From Methanobacteriota archaeon (GTDB taxonomy: Archaea > Thermoplasmatota > Poseidoniia > Poseidoniales > Thalassarchaeaceae): DNA of 64,000 nucleotides. A model generated the notes under the pieces. That model was not told where the DNA came from and did not search any database. It was given only the letters and a program-made list of their open reading frames with translations. The DNA lies in the NCBI GenBank assembly GCA_014239955.1, contig JAAZXW010000021.1:19162-83161 (forward strand), written 5' to 3'. The translations under genes were made by a program, and so were the position numbers. Shown here one piece after another: positions 19,505-30,162 of this stretch (within the stretch, counting starts at the first letter, position 1; each line of letters starts with the position of its first letter).

Positions 19505-21568
19505 ATGTCACAAGTAAATACCCAGCAGATGGGCCGAATGGTTGCTGCTGGGAACAAAGAGAAATTAGGAAAGGTAGTGGAGATTCTAGCTCGTCTTGAG
19601 GCTATGCACATCATCGATTACGATGGTAGCGAAGATGGATTCTCATTAGGGTCACCAGAAAAAGGATCGGAGGAGGTGGGACGAGGCCTAGTCAAGGCAA
19701 GAGCTGCTGCCTCGGTAGTGGAGACATCGGGGCCGGCAAGTCCAGTTCCAGAGGGCCCGGTCAGGGATTCGCTGGGGAGTGATCTTCCCGCCAAGATAGA
19801 TGAGGTGCTTTCAGATAGCTCAAGAATTGATGACTTGGATAATGAAATCTCCTCCCTCCTAGAAGAGGAGACCGGCCTCTCACAAATAGCCCCCCTGGGT
19901 ATAGACCTCGAACTACTCGGTGGATACGAGTCGATTACTTCCTTCGTGGGTACGGTGGAGAACATGCTTGAAGCCAGAGAGGCAGTTGGTTCCGGACTAA
20001 TCATCGAAGGGAAAGCAGGCAAGTCTGGATTAGTGGCGGCCTTCGTGAGGAATGAGGATTCTGGGCAAGCTTCGATGAAACTAGAACAAGCTGGCTTCGA
20101 ATCAATTCAGATTCCCGAGGGAGAAGGGCCCGCCTCTGCTCGCCTATCAGAAGTCAGGAAGGCCAAGGGCACTCTAGAAGGGGAGAAGTACGATTTGGAA
20201 AAGAGGATAGCCCAATGGAGCAAATCGAATGGAGAGATGCTACTGTGCGGATTGGAGGTCCTGGAAAGGGATCACGATGTATTGACAGCCCCAGTTAGAA
20301 TCGCAGTTTCTGAACATGCATTCGTCATCGATGGTTGGGTAGCAATGGGAAGGTCGGAAGAAGTGCAAAGTTCCCTAAAGGAGGTTTGTCTATTCACCGA
20401 GGTCACCCCGTTCGAAATGGAAGCAGGTGGGGGCGGTCATGGCCATTCTGACCACCATCACAGTCAGAAGATGCCCCCGATAGCATTCCAGGAGAGAAGT
20501 TCCAGCAGACCAATGGAGCTTCTCACCGATGCAGTGGGCAGACCTGCCTACGGAAGAATTGATCCAACCATCTTCATGTTCATCACATATCCGATATTCT
20601 TCGGAATCATGCTAGGGGATATGGCATATGGCCTCGTCACCATGGGATTGGGTGCATTTCTAGTAGGGAGGTCTGGCACTAACGAGATGCTCAAGTTGGG
20701 CGGAAAATTCCTGATGTACATTGGATTCGGAACCATTGTCTTCGGATACTTGTACGCAGAGTTTGCTGGATGGGAAATTTTCCCACATCACGGTTCCAAC
20801 CCGGCCGAAGTGCTCCAAATTCTCTATCCAAGTATTCCGGAGGGGATGTACCACGCATGGGATGCTTCCCTCCCACTTGGGATAGAGTTGGCTTTCCCGT
20901 TCCACAGAGTGGTAATGGTCGATGATCATGGAAATCTAGAGCATCTGATCCTACTAACCATCTACTTGGGTGTAATTCACGTATTCCTAGGACTAGTGAT
21001 CGGATTCAGGGACATAATGCTGTTCGGAAACGGTCATGGCGGTTTCGGATTAGTCTGTGCCTTCTTTGAGAAGGGGACCTGGATGATTCTGCTCGTTGGT
21101 GGCTTCATGTTTGCATATGGCTTCATCGGGCCGGCCGAGTGGATGATGCAACCGGGAGCAGCAATTGCGATTTTGGCCACCATAATGCTAATGTGGACCC
21201 TGTACAAGTATCACGGAGTACCGTTCCCGATCAACATTGGTCTCGCTCCCATAGAAGCTGTTGGAATGATGCCCACGGTGATATCTTATGTCAGATTGTT
21301 TGCGGTCGGAGTTGTGGGAGTCAAGATTGCGGAGACGGGCAATAACATGCTATTCGACAAGATCAGCTTTGACGAACCGTTGATGGCCATTGGCCTCTTA
21401 ATAGGCTGGATGGCGGTACAGTTCTTCGCTTGGGGACTGGGGGTCTTCAGTCCAAACATTCACGCTGCAAGACTGCACTTTGTAGAGTGGATGAGACAGT
21501 ACTACGACTCAAGCGGGGAGGCTTTCAACCCATTCGGCCTCAGAACACAATATGTGGAGGTTGACTAG
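19505..21568 (+). CDS. atpI: A-type ATP synthase subunit I (a)
   Basis: P.YGRIDPT, FFGIMLGD.AYG, ISYVRLFAVG (essential Arg), ARLHFVEW. Confidence 0.93.
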   Translation: MSQVNTQQMGRMVAAGNKEKLGKVVEILARLEAMHIIDYDGSEDGFSLGSPEKGSEEVGRGLVKARAAASVVETSGPASPVPEGPVRDSLGSDLPAKIDEVLSDSSRIDDLDNEISSLLEEETGLSQIAPLGIDLELLGGYESITSFVGTVENMLEAREAVGSGLIIEGKAGKSGLVAAFVRNEDSGQASMKLEQAGFESIQIPEGEGPASARLSEVRKAKGTLEGEKYDLEKRIAQWSKSNGEMLLCGLEVLERDHDVLTAPVRIAVSEHAFVIDGWVAMGRSEEVQSSLKEVCLFTEVTPFEMEAGGGGHGHSDHHHSQKMPPIAFQERSSSRPMELLTDAVGRPAYGRIDPTIFMFITYPIFFGIMLGDMAYGLVTMGLGAFLVGRSGTNEMLKLGGKFLMYIGFGTIVFGYLYAEFAGWEIFPHHGSNPAEVLQILYPSIPEGMYHAWDASLPLGIELAFPFHRVVMVDDHGNLEHLILLTIYLGVIHVFLGLVIGFRDIMLFGNGHGGFGLVCAFFEKGTWMILLVGGFMFAYGFIGPAEWMMQPGAAIAILATIMLMWTLYKYHGVPFPINIGLAPIEAVGMMPTVISYVRLFAVGVVGVKIAETGNNMLFDKISFDEPLMAIGLLIGWMAVQFFAWGLGVFSPNIHAARLHFVEWMRQYYDSSGEAFNPFGLRTQYVEVD

Positions 21569-21613
21569 ATCAGATTCCAAGCCTAGGCTTGACAAAATAA
21601 GGAGGAAAAAAGA

Positions 21614-21928
21614 ATGAACAACAGAAAAACAATGACTGGAAGGAGTACCCTGATTGCCCTATTCTCGTTTGCAATGTTTGCATCCGTGGTTTCGGCAGCA
21701 GAGGGAGATGTAGATACGACGTCGTATCACTGGGATGCAGCAAAGCTTGGCGCTGGAATAGCACTAGGACTAGCAGGAGTCGGTACCGGGCTAAGCCAAG
21801 GGCCGATTGGAGCAGCAGCAGTAGGAATGATTGCCGAGGATTCGAGCAAGTTCGTTACTGGGCTGATCTTCACCGCCCTACCAGAGACCATCGTACTGTT
21901 TGGATTCCTTGCACTATTCCTGCTCTGA
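21614..21928 (+). CDS. atpK: A-type ATP synthase subunit K (c, proteolipid) with N-terminal signal-like peptide
   Basis: GLAGVGTGLSQGPIGAAAVG...ALPETIVLFG; single hairpin; GGAGG Shine-Dalgarno. Confidence 0.92.
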   Translation: MNNRKTMTGRSTLIALFSFAMFASVVSAAEGDVDTTSYHWDAAKLGAGIALGLAGVGTGLSQGPIGAAAVGMIAEDSSKFVTGLIFTALPETIVLFGFLALFLL

Positions 21929-21969
21929 GCAGTGTGTGCAGTATCCAATACGGATTAGGAGGTTAGAAT

Positions 21970-22530
21970 ATGACACTTGATGAATTAGCGACCGAGATTT
22001 CCAACCAGGCAGAAGGGGAGGCTAAAGCCATTGTAGAGGTGGCTCAAGCGGAGGCGAAAAGAATCGAGGATAATGCCCGGAGTGAGGTCTCTGAGGCATC
22101 CTCTATTTCTTCGGACAAGGCGGAAAGAGAGAGCGCGCAGTTGTCTGTCGAGGTAGTTGCCTCTGCTAGACAAGCGAATCAGAAGAGGGCGCTAATCGCT
22201 CAGAGAGAGGAATTGGATGCCACATGGGAGACTGTGAAAGAAGAGGTTGGCTCGCCTAAAATGAAGGGGAGGAAGCAGATTCTAGACTCTTTGGTCAAAG
22301 AGGCTAGCAAATCGAAGTCTGGAATGGTTATGAGGCCTGTTTCTTCGGACAGAGCGACTCTGTCCAAGAGTGGTTTCACCATGGGTGACGACATCGATGG
22401 CCTAGGTGGTTTCGTCCTAGAATCAAAAGACGGTTCTACAGTGTTGGATTTCAGGTTCGACTTCCGATTGGAAGCAGCATGGAAATCTAGCCTTGGGGAA
22501 GTATACAGGATCCTATTCGGAGAACAGTGA
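21970..22530 (+). CDS. atpE: A-type ATP synthase subunit E
   Basis: N-terminal coiled coil, IDGLGGFVLES..G...D; operon position. Confidence 0.85.
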   Translation: MTLDELATEISNQAEGEAKAIVEVAQAEAKRIEDNARSEVSEASSISSDKAERESAQLSVEVVASARQANQKRALIAQREELDATWETVKEEVGSPKMKGRKQILDSLVKEASKSKSGMVMRPVSSDRATLSKSGFTMGDDIDGLGGFVLESKDGSTVLDFRFDFRLEAAWKSSLGEVYRILFGEQ

Positions 22531-22539
22531 GGGAGAGGG

Positions 22540-23592
22540 ATGTCAAGGGCACTGAACGGTCGTTCAAATCTATACAACGCTTCTGCGCGGGCTAAGGCAC
22601 GCAAGGCTTCGCTGATTGATACGACAAGGATGCGTCAACTTGTACAACAAGGTCCAGACTCCATTGGAGCCAGCATTGGTGAGATGGGTTACAGGGCGGA
22701 GATGGACATCTACGGTTCAAGGATGAGTGGGGCGGATGCGATAGAAGCAGCGCTCTTCCACAATCTTGACAACGATCTGGCAGGAGTCTTGAAATTCTGC
22801 CAGGGGCACCTGAAATCCCTAGTTGCGATTTACGTAGAGAGGTTTGACTACGAGAAGGCTAAGACAGTTCTCAGAGCGATAAATGGTGGAGCATCGGATG
22901 AAATTATTGAGGCCCAGATACTCCCTTCTGAGAATCCAAGGAACACCCCCTGGTTGAATATTGTTAGAAATACCGAAGGGCTTCAGGAGGCGGTCGAGGC
23001 GATGTCAGGAACACCATGGGGGAGGACGTTGTCCAAACTCGATGCTGATTCTACTCTAGAGGATATGGAAAATGCATTGGACTTGCAATATTTTTCCGAT
23101 GCTCTGAAGTCTGTGAAAGGAAGAGATGGTGGACCTAGACTCAGGAAATATCTCAGAATGGAGATAGACCACAGGAATGTAATAAACGAATTCCGAGCCA
23201 TTAGGATGGGGATGACGATCGAAAAGCGTCAATCTATGGTTATCCCCGGAGGGAAGATTGATCCCGGGACAATGAGACAGGCCTGTCAGGCAGAGAGCGA
23301 CGAAGAACTAATCGAGACACTTCGAAGAAGTAGCTCGTTCGATGACTCTGGATTTGATGAGGCAATGGCAGAATCGGAAAGAATGGGTAGTTTAGACCCG
23401 TATGCAGAACTTCTCTCCCATCAGAAGCACAGGATTCTGAAGAGGTTCGCCCACCTTAGTCCGATCTCCCCTTTCCCGATTATACACTATATTGAGAGGA
23501 AGACTCTGGAAGTAAGGAATCTGCGTTTGCTTGTGCGTGGCAAAGCAGTTGGCCTATCGAACGAAGTACTGGAAGCGCATATGGACTACTGA
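22540..23592 (+). CDS. atpC: A-type ATP synthase subunit C
   Basis: ARAKARKASL, EIDHRN, EVRNLRLLVRGK; operon position. Confidence 0.88.
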   Translation: MSRALNGRSNLYNASARAKARKASLIDTTRMRQLVQQGPDSIGASIGEMGYRAEMDIYGSRMSGADAIEAALFHNLDNDLAGVLKFCQGHLKSLVAIYVERFDYEKAKTVLRAINGGASDEIIEAQILPSENPRNTPWLNIVRNTEGLQEAVEAMSGTPWGRTLSKLDADSTLEDMENALDLQYFSDALKSVKGRDGGPRLRKYLRMEIDHRNVINEFRAIRMGMTIEKRQSMVIPGGKIDPGTMRQACQAESDEELIETLRRSSSFDDSGFDEAMAESERMGSLDPYAELLSHQKHRILKRFAHLSPISPFPIIHYIERKTLEVRNLRLLVRGKAVGLSNEVLEAHMDY

Positions 23593-23601
23593 GGTGATGA
23601 G

Positions 23602-23901
23602 ATGGAAATTGCAGTAGTAGGCCCTTTGGAATTCACACTAGGATTCCAACTCGCAGGCGTAGAAAACCTGTACAACCCGTCTGATGACGAAGAGATGGCG
23701 GAGATTCTCCGGAATCTCCTCAATCAGGCAGAAGTAGGAGTTGTTGTAGTGGACAACTTCGATTTAATGAGACTCCCGGAGAGGTTGCGTTTGCAACTCT
23801 CTGAGAGCATTACGCCCACTGTATTGGGCATAGGGACCGAGGAGGACAATACCCTCCGAGAGTCAATCAAGTCGGCACTTGGTGTCGACCTTTGGAAATA
23901 A
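23602..23901 (+). CDS. atpF: A-type ATP synthase subunit F
   Basis: [27 protein letters not shown]. Confidence 0.92.
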   Translation: MEIAVVGPLEFTLGFQLAGVENLYNPSDDEEMAEILRNLLNQAEVGVVVVDNFDLMRLPERLRLQLSESITPTVLGIGTEEDNTLRESIKSALGVDLWK

Positions 23902-23929
23902 GATTCGAACAAAAAAGGAAGTGAAAAAA

Positions 23930-25672
23930 ATGAGTGAAGAAAATGGAGTAATATACCGGATTTCCGGACCAGTTGTGACAGCGATAGGGATAGCACCTCG
24001 AATGTACGAGGTGGTAAGAGTCGGGAATGAAGGTTTGATGGGAGAAGTGATCGAACTGCATGGCGACCAATCAGTGATTCAGGTGTACGAAGAGACATCT
24101 GGAATCAGGCCTGGGGAGCCAGTTTTGAGGACGGGTCAGACCCTTTCAGTACAACTAGGCCCTGGACTTCTGACACAGATCTACGATGGAATACAGAGAC
24201 CTCTGCCGAAGCTGGAGGAGACAATGGGTGTCTTCATCACCAGAGGTGTTGACGCGGATGGACTAGACCTCGAGAAGAAGTGGGATTTCAACCCGAAAGT
24301 TAAGGCTGGAGACGAAGTTTCCGCAGGACATGTCATTGGGATTGTCCAGGAAACCGAGACTATCGAACACAGAGTGATGATCCCCCCTGGAAAGAGTGGT
24401 GTTGTCAGGAGTGTTGAGTCGGGTTCATTCAATATCACCGAGACAGTGTGCAAGCTAGAGGACGGAACAGAGATAGCGATGATGCAGGAATGGCCAGTAA
24501 GACATCCAAGACCATTCATCCAGAAGTACGCTCCTGACGTCCCACTGATGACTGGGCAGAGGATTCTCGACTTCCTATTCCCACTAGCTAAGGGCGGAAC
24601 GGCTGGAATTCCTGGTCCTTTTGGTTCAGGAAAAACGGTGACACAGCAACAGCTTGCCAAGTGGTCAGATGCACAAATAGTGGTCTACATAGGATGTGGG
24701 GAAAGGGGTAACGAGATGACGGAAGTCCTCGATGAGTTCCCGCACCTAATTGATCCGAATACAAACAAGCCTCTGATGAATAGGACTGTGATGATTGCAA
24801 ACACATCAAACATGCCAGTGGCTGCTAGAGAGGCGTCGGTGTATACAGGAGTAACGATTGCTGAGTACTTCCGTGACATGGGTTACAACGTAGCCCTGAT
24901 GGCTGACTCCACTAGCAGATGGGCAGAGGCCATGAGGGAGATTTCTTCCAGACTAGAGGAGATGCCCGGCGAGGAGGGGTATCCCGCATACCTTTCCAGC
25001 AGACTTGCAGAGTTCTACGAGAGAGCTGGCAGGGTTCAGACCCTAGCGGGTGATGATGGCTCCGTTTCAGTTATAGGGGCTGTTTCGCCCCCCGGCGGGG
25101 ATATCTCAGAGCCAGTGAGTCAGGGGACATTGAGGATTGTGAAGGTTTTCTGGGGATTGGATGCTGGACTAGCAAGACAACGTCACTTCCCAGCTATCAA
25201 CTGGTTGAGCTCTTACAGCCTATACCCGCAGGCCTTAGACCAGTGGTACAGGGACAACATAGCATCCGACTTCCCAGAAGTAAGGACAGAAATTAGCACT
25301 CTGCTACAAGTTGAAGCAGAGTTGCAGGAGATTGTTCAGCTAGTCGGATCGGATGCATTGCCAATTGATCAACAGTTGACTCTTGAAGTTGCCAGAATGA
25401 TTCGGGAGTACTTCCTACAGCAGAACGCTTTCCATGATGTGGATACGTACAGCGATCTGAAGCTCCAATACGACATGGCGAGAGCTATTCTGAGCTTCCA
25501 AGAGGAAGCAAAGAAGGCTATCGCTGGTGGAGCTCAGCTCGAAGATGTAGTTAACGTTCCAGCGAGGACTGACCTGATGAGGGGTCGCTTCGAGAAGGGA
25601 TACAGCGACAAAATAGGAGAATTGGTGTCAGAGATGAGTAAGCAGATTTCTGCTAGCATGGAGGCAAACTGA
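23930..25672 (+). CDS. atpA: A-type ATP synthase subunit A (catalytic)
   Basis: GPFGSGKT Walker [28 protein letters not shown]; no intein; start at ATG 23930. Confidence 0.97.
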   Translation: MSEENGVIYRISGPVVTAIGIAPRMYEVVRVGNEGLMGEVIELHGDQSVIQVYEETSGIRPGEPVLRTGQTLSVQLGPGLLTQIYDGIQRPLPKLEETMGVFITRGVDADGLDLEKKWDFNPKVKAGDEVSAGHVIGIVQETETIEHRVMIPPGKSGVVRSVESGSFNITETVCKLEDGTEIAMMQEWPVRHPRPFIQKYAPDVPLMTGQRILDFLFPLAKGGTAGIPGPFGSGKTVTQQQLAKWSDAQIVVYIGCGERGNEMTEVLDEFPHLIDPNTNKPLMNRTVMIANTSNMPVAAREASVYTGVTIAEYFRDMGYNVALMADSTSRWAEAMREISSRLEEMPGEEGYPAYLSSRLAEFYERAGRVQTLAGDDGSVSVIGAVSPPGGDISEPVSQGTLRIVKVFWGLDAGLARQRHFPAINWLSSYSLYPQALDQWYRDNIASDFPEVRTEISTLLQVEAELQEIVQLVGSDALPIDQQLTLEVARMIREYFLQQNAFHDVDTYSDLKLQYDMARAILSFQEEAKKAIAGGAQLEDVVNVPARTDLMRGRFEKGYSDKIGELVSEMSKQISASMEAN

Positions 25673-25681
25673 GGTGATACA

Positions 25682-27070
25682 ATGAGTGGAAAGGAATACA
25701 GAACGATTACAGACGTAAAGGGGCCACTAGTGTTCCTAAATAAGACTGAACCAGTGTCTTTTGGAGAGATAGTGCAGCTAAGGCTCAGCGATGGATCAAT
25801 GAAAAACGGACAAGTTCTGGACACATCTGATGATCAGGTCATTGTACAAGTCTTCGAAGGGACAGCGTCAGTTGACAGACAGACAGGGGTTAAGTTCCTG
25901 GGAGACGTGTTCAAGCTGCCTGTAAGCAAGGGGCTAATCGGGAGAATCCTTGATGGAGCGGGTAGACCGAGGGATGGTGGGCCAGAGATCGTTGCCGATG
26001 ATATGGCCGACATAATTGGGGCTGCAATAAACCCATACTCGCGACAGAGTCCTGAGTCTTTCATACAGACTGGGATTTCAGCAATTGATGCCTGCACATC
26101 ACTAGTCAGAGGTCAAAAACTACCAATCTTCAGTGCCAGCGGATTGCCGCACAACGACATCGCATTGCAGATTGCAAGGCAGGCCAAGCTAGTGGACAGC
26201 GATGATGACTTCGTGGTCGTCTTCTGTGCAATGGGGATCACAGCGGAAGAGTACAACTTCTTCGTTCACGACCTAGAGAGAACGGGGGCACTGGAGAACG
26301 CGGCCCTCTTTGTCAACCTGGCAGATGACCCAGCCGTGGAGAGGCTGATTACCCCTAGACTGGCACTAACAGCTGCCGAGTACCTAGCCTTCGAGCACGA
26401 CTACCACGTTCTCGTAATCTACACGGACATGACGAACTATTGCGAGTCCCTGCGACAAATTGGAGCGGCTAGAGAAGAAGTTCCCGGTAGACGCGGATAC
26501 CCAGGATACATGTACACGGATCTTGCAATGCTATACGAGAGAGCGGGGCTAGTCAAAGGCAAGAAGGGATCCATCACACAGTTCCCCATCCTAACCATGC
26601 CCGGAGACGACATCACGCATCCAATCCCAGACCTATCAGGATACATCACTGAAGGACAGATCGTCATCTCGAGAGAGTTGCATCAGAAGGGAATTTATCC
26701 GCCGATAAACGTCCTTCCTTCTCTAAGTCGTCTGATGAATGCCGGAATTGGACCCGGTAAGACCCGTGAGGACCACAAGTCAGTTTCTGATCAGCTTTAC
26801 GCAGCCTATGCACAAGGAAGAGAACTCAGAGGTCTGGTGGCAATTGTCGGCGAGGACGCATTGAATGAGAGAGATCTACAGTTACTCAAGTTCGCCGATA
26901 TATTCGAGGATCAATTCCTGAGGCAGGGTAGGGACGAGGACAGGCCCATCCAAGAAGGAACCCTTGACCTTGCTTGGAACCTATTGTCGAACATCGATAC
27001 CAAGTTCCTAGTGAGACTAGACCAGAAATGGATTGACAAGTATCACCCTACGGACAAGAAGGAAGAGTGA
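25682..27070 (+). CDS. atpB: A-type ATP synthase subunit B
   Basis: [38 protein letters not shown]. Confidence 0.97.
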   Translation: MSGKEYRTITDVKGPLVFLNKTEPVSFGEIVQLRLSDGSMKNGQVLDTSDDQVIVQVFEGTASVDRQTGVKFLGDVFKLPVSKGLIGRILDGAGRPRDGGPEIVADDMADIIGAAINPYSRQSPESFIQTGISAIDACTSLVRGQKLPIFSASGLPHNDIALQIARQAKLVDSDDDFVVVFCAMGITAEEYNFFVHDLERTGALENAALFVNLADDPAVERLITPRLALTAAEYLAFEHDYHVLVIYTDMTNYCESLRQIGAAREEVPGRRGYPGYMYTDLAMLYERAGLVKGKKGSITQFPILTMPGDDITHPIPDLSGYITEGQIVISRELHQKGIYPPINVLPSLSRLMNAGIGPGKTREDHKSVSDQLYAAYAQGRELRGLVAIVGEDALNERDLQLLKFADIFEDQFLRQGRDEDRPIQEGTLDLAWNLLSNIDTKFLVRLDQKWIDKYHPTDKKEE

Positions 27071-27090
27071 GATAACAAGGAGAATGCCAC

Positions 27091-27708
27091 ATGGCCCTAG
27101 ACATCAAACCGACCAGATCTGAGTTGATCAACCTCAAGAGGAGAATCAAGCAGACCTCAAGTGGATACAATCTCCTGAAGATGAAGAGGGATGGGCTATT
27201 CCACGAGTTCCGGATCCTACTTTCTGAGATGATTTCTGCTAGGGAGGAATTGGTTGTTACCTTCAGGGATGCAGTTCAGGCAATCAACCTGGCATCCTCG
27301 ATAGAGGGTGGTTTATCCGTCAAGAGCGCGGCAATAGCCTCATCCAAGCATCCTGAGGTAGAGGTTTCAAGGCGCAACATAATGGGAGTGGTGGTACCGA
27401 AGGTCGAGGGGCAGAACCTGAAGCTCTCAGCAGAGGATAGAGGCCTTGGGATGGTGGGGGGCTCGCCCTATATCGACGAGGCAGCCGACTCATACTCCCT
27501 CTTGGTGGAGAAAGTCGTCAAGGCGGCCGAGATGGAAGCGACTCTGAAGAGGCTATTGGAAGAGATAGAGGCTACAAAGAGGAGAGTCAATGCGCTTGAA
27601 TTCAAGGTCATACCAGAGATGAAAGAGGCTCAGACCTTCATCCAGCTAAGACTTGAGGAGATGGAAAGGGAGGAGACCTTCCGTCTGAAGCGCTTCAAGA
27701 ACAAGTGA
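27091..27708 (+). CDS. atpD: A-type ATP synthase subunit D
   Basis: KPTRSEL, LLKMKRD, TKRRVNALE, LEEMEREE.FRLK. Confidence 0.95.
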   Translation: MALDIKPTRSELINLKRRIKQTSSGYNLLKMKRDGLFHEFRILLSEMISAREELVVTFRDAVQAINLASSIEGGLSVKSAAIASSKHPEVEVSRRNIMGVVVPKVEGQNLKLSAEDRGLGMVGGSPYIDEAADSYSLLVEKVVKAAEMEATLKRLLEEIEATKRRVNALEFKVIPEMKEAQTFIQLRLEEMEREETFRLKRFKNK

Positions 27709-27759
27709 TTTGGACAAGAGTAGGGGTCAAAACTGACATCCCTCGAGGAGGGGCAGGAA

Positions 27760-30162
27760 GTGAGCAGCATGCCCGAAGAAATCTTGCTCGATACTGAGAC
27801 TTGGGGCACGCGTGAGCTTCTAGAGGTGATTGCCTCAAGATTCTTCGATCTTGGAAGTGAAGGTGCTTATCCTAATTCCTGGGAAGTTCAGGGAATAGAC
27901 GAACGAGAAGTGGGGGGACAACTGCTCCAACTCAATATGCACTTGGGCCCAATGGGATTAATCGGTTCACTAGAGGACAGCAACCCCCCGGTAATGACGA
28001 TTTCAAGAGTGCCTTCGGGAAGCTCGGTAATGGAAAACTATCAGCAAATCGTGCTATGGGCTGTGATGGTGGCATTCATGACTCTAGTGGGATCGCATTG
28101 GGTTTCTGAATACGAGTATGGGGGGGGATCTGGGATAAGCGAAATCTCCCAGTCATTCCTCTTCTTCACAATTCCAGTGATGCTTTCATTCATCCTAGCT
28201 AGCTATTGCAGGATATTAGTGGCAAGAAAGAATGGAATTGAGATTGGACACATTACCCCGATTGTCTTCCCGATCCCTACTTGGTGGCCGTTCGGAATTG
28301 TTGGAGCTCTGGGGCAGAGGAAACCGGAGCTTGTCCCAATGCCGAATAGAAGGGTCCTGGGCTCTATCGAAGTTGCGGTCCCAATCGTTCTTTTCTTGGC
28401 TGGTAGCATTCTGACCGTTTTGGGGCTCATGATGACGTCAAGTAGCCCTCCAGAACTCACTGCAGCCCCTACAGTCTTCGACACGAACCTACTCACGGGT
28501 TATCTGGTCGAGACTTGGATGGGAAGTGAATTGGCAATTAGGCTACAATGGTTGCATCCGATTGGAATTGCTGGGGTTGGCCTTTCCATCGTTGGTTGGG
28601 GGTTGATGCTCCCGATCCCGGGACTACCTGGAGATAGGTTGCTGTACGCAATTATCGGACCATCCGAGATGAGGAGCGGGCGTACACAGACCTCGATTTT
28701 CCTTTTGGTTCTCTTTGTCATGGTAATGGTATTCGCAACCGCTAAGTGGACCCCTTGGATTTTCCTAGCATTTGTAGCTGCATGGCAGAGATTCAATCCC
28801 GACAGTCTGCCTCAACCAATAATCCTGGACGAACACATCGGACTGGAAGAGAGATACAGAAGTCGTTTCGTAGCAATTGCAGCAATCGTTCTGCTGGCAG
28901 GATTGCCCGGAACCGTCCCTTCGTACGAAATGGAAGACTACATTGCTGGAATCCATACCGATGAGTGGCCAGATGAGTTGTATTTCGAAGCAGGGGTCGG
29001 AGAGGAGGTTCTCCTAATTCTGGAACCTTGGGGTGTGATGCCAGTATCGGGCTGGATACAGTTCAGAGTCGAAGGTTCGGAACCAGATGGTTGGGGGCTG
29101 GACTACTCGTGTTCGGAGTTTTCTGAAGTATGCAGATTCGATGGATTGACGCAGAATGAGATCATTGAACTCCCAATAGTAATCACACCTCCCGAAGAAG
29201 ATTTTACCCCTCACTTACTCAAGATAATTATTGAGATATCTGGCTTCGAGACGGAGCATCTGATAAAACTCTCAAGCCACGGTGATGAGGGTTTTGTTGA
29301 TTCTTTTTGGGACCTAAGAGAAGACTCCGAGAATCCCATTATTTGTTCTGAGATGCATACTGGAGAAGGTGGTGTGATTTCCATTGGAGGTTCTTACTGG
29401 GAACTATTGAATGGTAGTAATCTGAGTTCTGGTGTGCAGGAAGTGTGCCTCAGGGGTCATGAGGGGGCAATTCAGAACTCTGATTTATTCGACGACCAAG
29501 GTAGGGCCTTTGGCCCTGGGGTTTACTTGGTCAGGGAAAATTCGACAAGTGGCCCTTGGGCAATTCCAATTGATGGTACAGAGCCATTAATCCATGTTGA
29601 GGGTGGGCTATGGGTAGTTCCGAGTGAATTTGTAACAGTAGGGGACGTTCTCTACCACTCAGACTCGGGCTCTCCATTCTGCCCTTCTAGCGATGTTGCA
29701 GCGCAAATTAATACGAGTTCGAACTGGTCCGTAGAGATGGGTAACTACACTGCTATGAGGATCACGGGAAATCTTAGTGGTGAAGGGGAGATTGGTATTG
29801 GGGCGGAGGGGTGGCTTGCATTATGTCACAATGACGGAGCCATGGAGGCATTCAGCATTAGAGAGTCGGTAGATGTCTATGTCCATCCCAATGGATTGTA
29901 TCGTGGACTTGATGTAGAGGAAATCATGGTCTTCAACAGGGCATCTGGAAGGATGGATCTTTCTGTAGAGTGGCATGGCGACTCTCCACAAAGCGGAATT
30001 TGGGAAGTCGGCATCAGCGACTGGGTTGAATCGGGCGAAAGCACTTTGATTACAGTGAATGAGGTGGGTCTTTCAAGTCTCGAGAGAGCGGTGTGGGTCA
30101 CGGCTGATGAGACGGGAATTACGGTTCATCTTTCAGCGAGATGCCCCTCGGAGGGGTGCTGA
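27760..30162 (+). CDS. Site-2 protease (M50)-like membrane protein with degenerate active site and large acidic C-terminal domain
   Basis: M50 landmarks (PIVFP..PFGIVGA, WLHPIGIAG, LPIPGLPG) are present, but the HExxH position reads ASYCR; about 400-aa extracytoplasmic-looking tail. Confidence 0.6.
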   Translation: MSSMPEEILLDTETWGTRELLEVIASRFFDLGSEGAYPNSWEVQGIDEREVGGQLLQLNMHLGPMGLIGSLEDSNPPVMTISRVPSGSSVMENYQQIVLWAVMVAFMTLVGSHWVSEYEYGGGSGISEISQSFLFFTIPVMLSFILASYCRILVARKNGIEIGHITPIVFPIPTWWPFGIVGALGQRKPELVPMPNRRVLGSIEVAVPIVLFLAGSILTVLGLMMTSSSPPELTAAPTVFDTNLLTGYLVETWMGSELAIRLQWLHPIGIAGVGLSIVGWGLMLPIPGLPGDRLLYAIIGPSEMRSGRTQTSIFLLVLFVMVMVFATAKWTPWIFLAFVAAWQRFNPDSLPQPIILDEHIGLEERYRSRFVAIAAIVLLAGLPGTVPSYEMEDYIAGIHTDEWPDELYFEAGVGEEVLLILEPWGVMPVSGWIQFRVEGSEPDGWGLDYSCSEFSEVCRFDGLTQNEIIELPIVITPPEEDFTPHLLKIIIEISGFETEHLIKLSSHGDEGFVDSFWDLREDSENPIICSEMHTGEGGVISIGGSYWELLNGSNLSSGVQEVCLRGHEGAIQNSDLFDDQGRAFGPGVYLVRENSTSGPWAIPIDGTEPLIHVEGGLWVVPSEFVTVGDVLYHSDSGSPFCPSSDVAAQINTSSNWSVEMGNYTAMRITGNLSGEGEIGIGAEGWLALCHNDGAMEAFSIRESVDVYVHPNGLYRGLDVEEIMVFNRASGRMDLSVEWHGDSPQSGIWEVGISDWVESGESTLITVNEVGLSSLERAVWVTADETGITVHLSARCPSEGC

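Noticed and set aside
23930-25672. Intein in ATPase subunit A (or in Cdc6)
   Set aside because: Protein lengths are normal and the motifs are contiguous.
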